In this document: positions 57,235 through 64,000 of the stretch, one piece after another | Layout of the letters: each line of letters begins with the position of its first letter | How positions within the stretch are numbered: position 1 is the stretch's first letter | IMG/VR virus record: IMGVR_UViG_3300025000_000008 | Direction: 5' to 3' (one strand) | Length of the DNA: 64,000 bases | Source of the DNA: an uncultured virus (IMG/VR IMGVR_UViG_3300025000_000008) | Lineage: Duplodnaviria; Heunggongvirae; Uroviricota; Caudoviricetes | The notes under the pieces: model-generated | The model's input: only the letters and a program-made list of their open reading frames with translations | What the model was told of the DNA's origin: nothing | Database searches by the model: none | Made by a program: the position numbers and the translations under genes

Positions 57235-58767
57235 ATGAGTGAAAAATTCATTGAGCGCCGGATTGCAATCGGCCTCATCACCAACGAAAAATACCTGCGT
57301 GAAGTATCCCCCGTCTTCTCCCAGGATCTTCTGAAAGACGATGCCGCCAAAAAAATATCCTCATGGTGCATCCGGTATTTCAATAAGCACGGGAAAGCCC
57401 CGCTTGAAGATATTGCCATCATCTATGAATCCTATATCAGGCGCGGGAAACTGGCCCATGACGAGGCGGAAGACATCGGGGATATCCTAGATAGCCTATC
57501 TGATGAATATCAAAGTCAGGCCGAGAATAACCCCGACGTATTGATTGATGAAACCTTTGCCTACTTCGATGAAAATAGATTAATCAGACTTGCCGATGAT
57601 ATCAAAGCTGAAGCCCAGCGAGGAAATACCCTTGAAGCGAATGCCCTTATTGCCGAAAACAGGCAAATCCAAAGACAAGCAAATATCAACTACGACTTCT
57701 TCGCCGATGATGTTGAAAGAACTAAATCGATCTTTGAAAATGTCCAAGAACCGATTATTGAATATCCCGGAAAACTAGGCCAACTTTGGAATAGGCATTT
57801 TGTGCGGGGAGGATTTATGGGCCTCCTTGGAGGAGAGAAAGTCGGTAAAACATGGATACTAATGGATATTGCTTTCCAGTCCCAAAGATCCGGACGAAAA
57901 GTAGCATTCTTCGCGGCCGGGGATATGAACCGGGAAGAAATGGAACTCCGGAAATATATCTACATGGCCAGGCGTTCCAATGAGTATGAATATTGTGGAA
58001 ACCTTATGATTCCGGTCATTGATTGCTTCTGGAATCAAAATGGGTCATGCTCAACGGGCTGCGGAGAAGCCCCGATCCGAGGCGATAAGCCACCAGCCTT
58101 CAAGGATATGCAGAAGGTTTATACAGAAGCCTTTGAACAATACGGGGCAGATCATGAGCCATGTACCAAATGCATGGGGAAGAAAGAATTCCTTGGCTCC
58201 CCATGGTTCAAGACCCGGCCGAAAGTTGATCCCTTGACTTGGAAAGAAGGATATGAAATTGAACGAAAATTCAGGAAGAGATTCCGGAATGCCGGGTGGA
58301 ATTTTGCGGATTATACTTCTGATACCCTGACGACGAGGATGATCGATAATCAACTTGCTATCTGGCATGAGCAGGGATTTACTGCCGATATCATCTTGAT
58401 TGACTATCCGGATATTATGGCCCCAGATGATGAGGATCGAAAACTCGATTTCCGGCAGAAAGAGAATCGGAAGTGGTTGAAACTCAGGGGACTTGCCCAT
58501 AAGTGGCATTGCCTCGTAGTATGCCCTACACAAGCCGATGCCGGGTCCTATGGGAAGGATTGGTTGGACCTGAGTAATTACAGCGAGGACAAGCGAAAGT
58601 ACAGCCATGCAACAGCATTCTTTGGATTGAATCAAACCGATGGGGAGGCAGAACTCGGGATCTTCCGAATAAATCAATTGATTGTTCGTAGCGGAAAACG
58701 AGGGAAGAAATACGCAACTATTTGTCAGCGGCTCGAAATGGGTCGTCCATTTTTGGGGTCATATTAA
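57235..58767 (+). CDS. DnaB-like (SF4) replicative helicase with a Cys-rich insertion
   Basis: GGEKVGKTW, ILIDYPD, LRGLA, PTQ, SEDKRK..HAT. Confidence 0.85.
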   Translation: MSEKFIERRIAIGLITNEKYLREVSPVFSQDLLKDDAAKKISSWCIRYFNKHGKAPLEDIAIIYESYIRRGKLAHDEAEDIGDILDSLSDEYQSQAENNPDVLIDETFAYFDENRLIRLADDIKAEAQRGNTLEANALIAENRQIQRQANINYDFFADDVERTKSIFENVQEPIIEYPGKLGQLWNRHFVRGGFMGLLGGEKVGKTWILMDIAFQSQRSGRKVAFFAAGDMNREEMELRKYIYMARRSNEYEYCGNLMIPVIDCFWNQNGSCSTGCGEAPIRGDKPPAFKDMQKVYTEAFEQYGADHEPCTKCMGKKEFLGSPWFKTRPKVDPLTWKEGYEIERKFRKRFRNAGWNFADYTSDTLTTRMIDNQLAIWHEQGFTADIILIDYPDIMAPDDEDRKLDFRQKENRKWLKLRGLAHKWHCLVVCPTQADAGSYGKDWLDLSNYSEDKRKYSHATAFFGLNQTDGEAELGIFRINQLIVRSGKRGKKYATICQRLEMGRPFLGSY

Positions 58768-59537
58768 TGCAAACTAAAATAATAATTCCGGTAAGTGGTG
58801 GCAAGGATTCACTTCTTTGTTTGTTACTGGCAATCGAAACACATGGGAAGGAAAATTGTATTCCATTATTTAACGATACTGGTTGGGAACATCCGGAAAC
58901 ATATTCTTATTTAAAAAGATTGGAAGAAAAACTTGGAATTGAAATAACCAAAACAGAAAATGCAATTTATTGGAATAAAGTTTATTGCGATATTCCGAGT
59001 TTAATTATAGCAATGCAAAGATTTCCATGGGGCAGGGGTCGATTTTGTTCTAATTATTTTAAAATACAACCAACAAATAAATGGATAAAACAGATAATAA
59101 AATCAAATCCAAATATAATTTTTGAAATATGGTATGGGATGAGATCTGCCGAAAGCACCAATAGAAAGAAAAAATACGGCAAATTAGATATGAATTCCAC
59201 CTATGATTTTAATGAGATATTCCCCAAAAGATTTTCTAAAAAAGATTTAATTACTGTCAAGGTGAAACTTCCAATCCTTGAATTATCCACCGATCAAGTT
59301 TTTAAGGAGATCAGAAATCGCAAAATCGAACTAAATCCTCTTTATTTTGAGGGTACAAATGATCGAGTCGGTTGTTATCCATGCTTCCTTGCTTCAAAAC
59401 CAACACAACAAAAGATGTTCAATACTGAATTCGGAAAAATTCAGCTGGCAAAAATAAGAAAACTTGAAAAAATCATCGGGAAGAAATATGAGAATATTCA
59501 AGATGAAGATGCCCCTTGTGGATTCTGTTTAATTTAA
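58767..59537 (+). CDS. PAPS-reductase-family (adenine nucleotide alpha-hydrolase) protein
   Basis: PP-loop SGGKDS, DTGWEH..TY, RFC...K..P, GMR.AES..R, RVGCYPC, CGFC. Confidence 0.88.
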   Translation: MQTKIIIPVSGGKDSLLCLLLAIETHGKENCIPLFNDTGWEHPETYSYLKRLEEKLGIEITKTENAIYWNKVYCDIPSLIIAMQRFPWGRGRFCSNYFKIQPTNKWIKQIIKSNPNIIFEIWYGMRSAESTNRKKKYGKLDMNSTYDFNEIFPKRFSKKDLITVKVKLPILELSTDQVFKEIRNRKIELNPLYFEGTNDRVGCYPCFLASKPTQQKMFNTEFGKIQLAKIRKLEKIIGKKYENIQDEDAPCGFCLI

Positions 59538-59549
59538 AAAGGAGAGTTT

Positions 59550-59924
59550 ATGTCATCGATTACCGTAACCAGAAAATTTGAATTCAGCTACGCCCATCAC
59601 CTGCCGGAATATCAAGGAGACTGCGCAAATCACCATGGACACAATAGTAATGTGGAAGTGGAATTCGGCCAGTCATCCAATTTGCCGGAAGCATATACCG
59701 GTATGGTCATCGACTTCAAAGATATTAGCAAACATGTTCAGCCGGTGATTGACGAGCTTGATCACAAAGATCTGAATGAGGTCTTTGGTCCCGGGTATAC
59801 CCCTACCGCCGAACATATAGCCAAATGGATTGCCGCTGAAATTCTGATTACACCAATTGGTTCCGGCCTGATCAGGGTCCAGGTTTCCGAAACCGATAAC
59901 TCTTTCGCGACTTGGAGAAGATAA
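59550..59924 (+). CDS. queD: 6-carboxytetrahydropterin synthase
   Basis: AHHLP.Y.G.C...HGH, GMVIDF, LDH..LN, PTAE, V.ET. Confidence 0.95.
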   Translation: MSSITVTRKFEFSYAHHLPEYQGDCANHHGHNSNVEVEFGQSSNLPEAYTGMVIDFKDISKHVQPVIDELDHKDLNEVFGPGYTPTAEHIAKWIAAEILITPIGSGLIRVQVSETDNSFATWRR

Positions 59925-60640
59925 TGGAAACCCCAAATAGTTTACGGATCATGTCGGTTTTCTTTTCTATCTCCGGGGAAATCAATGCCTGGCCACAAGG
60001 AACCCCGACGGTGTTTATTCGTCTAGCTGGTTGTAATCTCACCTGCAAATTTTGTGATACCCCACAGAGTCGCCCAGCAGAGGCCGGCGAGGAAATGACT
60101 TTTTCAGAAATCCTTTTCAAAATAAAGTCGTTTGGATTTACCGATTTCTCCCGGGTAAAATTTCTGATCACCGGGGGAGAGCCCCTGACTCAAGCCCCCG
60201 GCGTGGATGCCTTGATTCTTAACTTGCGCCGGGCTTATTCATTCTGTGAAATAGCCATTGAAACAAATGGGTCTTTCCTGATAGATTGCCTGAAGAATCA
60301 GCCCGATTGCTGGGTGATTGATGTTAAACCAAAGTCCTTGGGGATGGATATTTTCATGGTCCCGGTTGATACTCAGATTGAATCAACCAAGATTCCTTCT
60401 CATATTCTCAAGGGTCGGCCATCAACCATCATATTCAAATGGCTGGCTTGTAGCCTCCCGGATGATATCCTCCCCCTGGCTTTCTATCTTCTGAAAAAGG
60501 GCCAGCAGGAAGGGGTCACACATGCCGTATCTCCTATTGCCCCAGTCAAGCCGGCGGAGCTTTGGGAAAATATGAGGATTTTCAGGAATCATCCAGTTGC
60601 CCTAAATTGTCAGATTCATAAGCTTTTAGAGTTTGAGTGA
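59924..60640 (+). CDS. queE: 7-carboxy-7-deazaguanine synthase (radical SAM)
   Basis: F.SISGE, FIRLAGCNLTCKFCDT, ITGGEPL, IETNG, QIHK. Confidence 0.93.
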   Translation: METPNSLRIMSVFFSISGEINAWPQGTPTVFIRLAGCNLTCKFCDTPQSRPAEAGEEMTFSEILFKIKSFGFTDFSRVKFLITGGEPLTQAPGVDALILNLRRAYSFCEIAIETNGSFLIDCLKNQPDCWVIDVKPKSLGMDIFMVPVDTQIESTKIPSHILKGRPSTIIFKWLACSLPDDILPLAFYLLKKGQQEGVTHAVSPIAPVKPAELWENMRIFRNHPVALNCQIHKLLEFE

Positions 60641-60789
60641 TATTTCTTTGATATTTTTTTACTAAAAGGAAATAATTTTTGAAGAAAAAGTACAGCGGTT
60701 CTTGTATAATAGTTTGAAAGCAAGATTTGCTTGCTGATATAGAATTTAATTGATCAAGATTTTCAACCAGAAGTAAAAAGGAGAATGCC

Positions 60790-61662
60790 ATGACTGAAAT
60801 CAAACGAATCCAACTGATTGCCGCAGCCAAGGAGCTGAATCACCTGCTCGATGCCGATCCCAAGATCCGAACCGTCGGAATCAAATCTGAGGATATGATC
60901 GGCCCCATCAAGACCGCTGCCGGACTGCTGGAAGACGGCGACAAGCTCACAACCATCACCAAGAATATCCTGGAAGGCCTCGGGATCGTCTTGCCTGAGG
61001 GGATCATTATTGACGATGACGGTGGTCCGCCGGCAGATGATCTCAGCAGCGACGAGGCTGGTGAGCCCGCAGCAGAAGCAACCGTCGAAGAATTGACCGC
61101 CCTGATCGAAGAAATGAATGTCGTCATGTCCCTGGACCCGGTCATTGAGATCCCCGAGGATGCCGATGTCGCCAAGCTGAAGGCACTCATTAAGGAAAAC
61201 TGCTACGACAAGGGGGAATGCCAGGTTTTTGACAACGACAAGTTTTCTGAGGCCTCATGGAAGCTGCTGGCCGGTCTCGACGTGAATCCAATCATCACCG
61301 AGAAGAAAAAGCCGGCCAAGGAAAAAGCTGGCAAGGAAAAGGTCCCAGCAGCAAAACCAGCCAAGGCCGGGAAAACTGAAAAGCCAGCCAAGGAAAAGGC
61401 CGCCAAGCCGGCCAAAGCCCCTGCCGAGAAGAAGGAAAAGGCCTTCAAGGGTCCTGGCGTTATCAAGAGTATCGCCACCATTATCAAGGAAAAAGGGCCG
61501 ATCACCAAGGAAAACATTCTGGCTGAACTGGTTAAACTCTTCCCAGACCGTGACAAAGACGCCATGAAAAACACGATCAACGTCCAGATTCCGAACAGGA
61601 TCAATAAGGAACAGGATTTTCAGATTGAAAACACCGACAAGGGTTGGAAGGTTAAGAAATAG
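60790..61662 (+). CDS. Putative DNA-binding protein: acidic N-terminus, Lys/Ala/Pro-rich linker, C-terminal winged-helix-like domain
   Basis: RBS AAGGAG; KPAKEKA repeats; GVI.SI...I...GPITK..IL..L...FP.R. Confidence 0.6.
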   Translation: MTEIKRIQLIAAAKELNHLLDADPKIRTVGIKSEDMIGPIKTAAGLLEDGDKLTTITKNILEGLGIVLPEGIIIDDDGGPPADDLSSDEAGEPAAEATVEELTALIEEMNVVMSLDPVIEIPEDADVAKLKALIKENCYDKGECQVFDNDKFSEASWKLLAGLDVNPIITEKKKPAKEKAGKEKVPAAKPAKAGKTEKPAKEKAAKPAKAPAEKKEKAFKGPGVIKSIATIIKEKGPITKENILAELVKLFPDRDKDAMKNTINVQIPNRINKEQDFQIENTDKGWKVKK

Positions 61663-61685
61663 CTACCGACCAACAGTCTGGAGTC

Positions 61686-61722
61686 AAGGGTCGGATGGTT
61701 ATATTATCCGACCCTTTCTTTT
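61686..61722 (+). terminator. Rho-independent terminator
   Basis: AAGGGTCGGAT...ATCCGACCCTT followed by TCTTTT. Confidence 0.75.
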
Positions 61723-61741
61723 ATCAATAAGGTGATAAAAT

Positions 61742-62401
61742 ATGAAAATGGTAATCTCCCTTTCCGGCGGGCTGGACTCAGCGGTTCTGCTCGGTAGAAT
61801 GAAAAATATCGGCTATGATGTCCATTGCGTGACTTTTGATTATGGATCAAAGCATGGTCATTATGAAATCGATGCCGCCAGGAAACTCGCCGCTTGGTAT
61901 TCAATCCCCTGGCAGGTTATTGATGTCCGCGGGGTTTTCTCCGGCTTTGCCTCCGCCTTGCTCAAAACCGATGAGCGAATGATCCCCGAGGGGCATTACG
62001 AAGACTCGTCAATGTCTCAGACCGTCGTCCCCGGCCGTAATATGATCTTTGCCTCCATCCTGGCCGGGCTCGCCCAATCAATCGGTTATGATAGCGTTGG
62101 GCTTGGAATTCATGCCGGGGACCATGCTATCTATCCTGATTGCCGGCCCGCTTTCTATGCCGGTATGGGGGCGGCAGTCTCTGCTGCTACGGAGCAAAAT
62201 ATTGAATTGTACGCCCCCTTTTTGGATATGACAAAAGGCGAGATAGTTGCTGAAGGGGGTCGATACAAAGTCCCCTTCCGGTTAACCAGAACCTGTTATA
62301 AGGATCAGCCATTACCTTGTGGCCTTTGTGGATCATGTACCGAACGCCTTGAAGCCTTTGCCTTTGCCGGTCTCGTCGACCCCGTCGAATATGCAAAGTA
62401 G
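61742..62401 (+). CDS. queC: 7-cyano-7-deazaguanine synthase
   Basis: SGGLDS, FDYG.KH, VVPGRN, YPDCRP, TCY...CG.CGSC.ER..AF. Confidence 0.96.
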   Translation: MKMVISLSGGLDSAVLLGRMKNIGYDVHCVTFDYGSKHGHYEIDAARKLAAWYSIPWQVIDVRGVFSGFASALLKTDERMIPEGHYEDSSMSQTVVPGRNMIFASILAGLAQSIGYDSVGLGIHAGDHAIYPDCRPAFYAGMGAAVSAATEQNIELYAPFLDMTKGEIVAEGGRYKVPFRLTRTCYKDQPLPCGLCGSCTERLEAFAFAGLVDPVEYAK

Positions 62402-62599
62402 AAAAGGTTCGGCCCTGGAAGCCGCGATGAATATTGCTTCCGGCTTCGTCATTTCCTGGGCGCCCCCCCTCCAATCCTCCTGTTATTTGGTTATTCAATA
62501 TCAGGAAGCAAGGCGTTTGGGATGACTTTAATATATACCGTCATCTCGTTTATCCGGTCGTATATCTGGCGACGGTTTTTCAACAAGAGGAAGATATGA
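62391..62599 (+). pseudogene. Small two-TM phage protein gene, frameshifted at a C7 tract (62463-62469)
   Basis: MQSRKGSALEAAMNIASGFVISWA continues in another frame as PILLLFGYSISGSKAFGMTLIYTVISFIRSYIWRRFFNKRKI*, whose stop overlaps the next ATG. Confidence 0.75.
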
Positions 62600-63471
62600 A
62601 AAGAATTATCACGAACGAGGAAGTAGAAAATAAATGCCGCTGGCTTTTTAATAACAAGCCGTGGACTTCCGGTCTTTTTTACGGAGTTCCTCGCGGTGGT
62701 ATCGCTCCGGCATATATGCTTGCCGGAATGGCTGGAGGTCGCGTCACAAATACCCCTGACGAGGCCGACTATATCATTGATGATCTAATTGATTCCGGCA
62801 GAACGAAAGAGCATTACGAATCCCTTTATCCATATGCCGATTTTATTGCCCTTTTCGAAAAGCAAGATCCTATGGAATGGTTGGTCTTTCCTTGGGAGGT
62901 AACCGCCAAAGGGGAAGATAAATCAGCTGAGGATATTTTTACCCGTTTCCTCGAATTCGTCGGCGAAGATCCCCAGCGTGAAGGTCTGATTGAAACCCCG
63001 GCCAGGATGGCCAAAGCTTGGAAATTCTGGACAAGCGGTTATGGTCAGAATCCAGATGCGGTTTTTAAGGTTTTCGAAGACGGCGGGGAGAATTACGATG
63101 AAATGGTAATCGTTGATCCAATTCCATTTTTTTCCCACTGCGAACATCATATGGCGGCAATTTTTGGTCAGGTTCATATTGCTTATGTTCCATCCAAAAA
63201 GATTGCCGGACTTTCAAAGTTTGCTCGCCTCGTTGATATCTTTGCTCGCAGGTTGCAGGTCCAAGAACGGATCACCGTCCAGATTGCCGATACCATTGAA
63301 AAGAATCTTGAGCCCCTCGGAGTTGCGGTTTTCATCAAAGCGACCCACTTTTGTATAGCCAGTCGTGGGGTCCAGAAGGCCGGGACCTTCGCCAAAACAT
63401 CTGCCTTGCGCGGCATCTTCAAGGAGAATCCTGCAGCGCGGGCAGAATTTTTCTCGTTATTGAAGGTCTGA
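62596..63471 (+). CDS. folE: Phosphoribosyltransferase-GTP cyclohydrolase I fusion
   Basis: N-terminal GVPRGG, IIDDLIDSGRT, WLVFPWE; C-terminal REGLIETPAR, SHCEHH, GLSK.AR, RLQVQER, HFC..SRGV. Confidence 0.92.
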   Translation: MKRIITNEEVENKCRWLFNNKPWTSGLFYGVPRGGIAPAYMLAGMAGGRVTNTPDEADYIIDDLIDSGRTKEHYESLYPYADFIALFEKQDPMEWLVFPWEVTAKGEDKSAEDIFTRFLEFVGEDPQREGLIETPARMAKAWKFWTSGYGQNPDAVFKVFEDGGENYDEMVIVDPIPFFSHCEHHMAAIFGQVHIAYVPSKKIAGLSKFARLVDIFARRLQVQERITVQIADTIEKNLEPLGVAVFIKATHFCIASRGVQKAGTFAKTSALRGIFKENPAARAEFFSLLKV

Positions 63472-63483
63472 TAGTATAATACA

Positions 63484-63652
63484 ATGAAGATATTTTTGGC
63501 CGGCAATACTCCGGGTCGGGTCGAGGAAGAAAAGTTATTTAAGAAACACGGGATAGACCCCCCCCCGGCGACTAATGGCCTTCCATTATCTTCTTTGTGA
63601 CAAATCGGTATTATTAATGTTCAACTATTTCATCAAAAAGGAGAAATCATGA
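63484..63652 (+). pseudogene. Small gene (MKIFLAG...RRLMAFHY), frameshifted at a C9 tract (63558-63566)
   Basis: As read it stops at 63600; removing one C extends it to TGA at 63650-63652, overlapping the yhhQ ATG. Confidence 0.65.
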
Positions 63653-64000
63653 AGTATACTTGGCCCGCATTATACCTGACAAGCATCCTGCTCGGCAATT
63701 TCTTTGTCATGTGGTTCGGCATCGTTCATATTGCCGGATTGACCTTTCCGGCTGGCGTCGTTTTTGTCGGATTGACTTTCTCGTTCCGGGACTTTGTTCA
63801 GCGGCAGTGGGGTGATTATGCCTGCTGGATTTGGATGGCTATAGCCACCGGAATAACCTTTTTCCTGAATCAACAGATTGCCCTGGCTTCGGTATCGGCC
63901 TTCCTCGTTTCGGAAGCGGTTGACTGGGCCTCTTTCAAATATTTGAAGTTCTCATTCAAAAAACGAATATATATTTCAAACCTCTTTTCATGTCCGCTGG
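63649..64000 (+). CDS. yhhQ: VUT/YhhQ-family preQ0/preQ1 transporter (3'-truncated; not in ORF track)
   Basis: RBS AAGGAG; MKYTWPALYLTSILLGNFFV...PAGVVFVGLTFSFRDFVQ...IALASVSAFLVSEAVDW. Confidence 0.88.
   Translation, partial: MKYTWPALYLTSILLGNFFVMWFGIVHIAGLTFPAGVVFVGLTFSFRDFVQRQWGDYACWIWMAIATGITFFLNQQIALASVSAFLVSEAVDWASFKYLKFSFKKRIYISNLFSCPL

Noticed and set aside
58767..59537. CysH as an auxiliary sulfate-assimilation gene
   Set aside because: No other cys genes are present, the CysH ECGLH C-terminal motif is missing, and the context is replication/DNA modification.
62434..62595. 54-aa N-terminal extension of FolE in the ORF track
   Set aside because: It overlaps the frameshifted membrane gene in another frame; ATG 62596 has an RBS (GAGG) and an ATGA overlap.
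59550..63471. que/folE genes as tRNA queuosine or folate metabolism
   Set aside because: No queA, queG or fol genes and no tRNAs in the window; phage DNA modification is the better-supported role, though DpdA is not visible.
1..64000. CRISPR array, tRNA genes, integrase, inteins, DGR, stop-codon recoding
   Set aside because: I saw no repeat-spacer array, cloverleaf, recombinase or RT motif, or intein ends; genes are full length under the standard code and use all three stops. Checked by eye only.

Overview
The window is most of a tailed dsDNA phage genome (Caudoviricetes, siphovirus-type tail). The + strand arms (1-14513 and 46861-64000) carry replication, recombination and nucleotide-metabolism genes: DnaE, a DnaX-like clamp loader, UvsY-like and SSB proteins, RecA, a flap nuclease, endonuclease VII, a split SbcC plus SbcD, a sigma factor, an SNF2 helicase, primase, ThyX, a lambda-O-like initiator with iterons, DnaC, DnaB and MazG. 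That arm ends in a 7-deazaguanine cluster (QueD, QueE, QueC, a PRTase-FolE fusion, YhhQ). The - strand arm (14514-46618) is the morphogenesis operon, from terminase to tail fibre and putative lysis membrane proteins. The most unusual features are: (1) two cassettes of fibre/adhesin-like proteins inside the virion operon that start with Sec-type signal peptides and carry matching docking-like motifs; (2) a five-gene glycosyl-/acetyl-/sulfotransferase cassette between the capsid and neck genes; (3) two small genes in the deazaguanine cluster, each frameshifted at a poly-C tract; (4) a PRTase fused to FolE; (5) a C4/CI-like structured RNA upstream of the replication operon; (6) an SbcC split at the zinc hook. 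I saw no integrase, tRNA, CRISPR array, endolysin or full-length DpdA. All calls come from motif recognition by eye; no searches were run.
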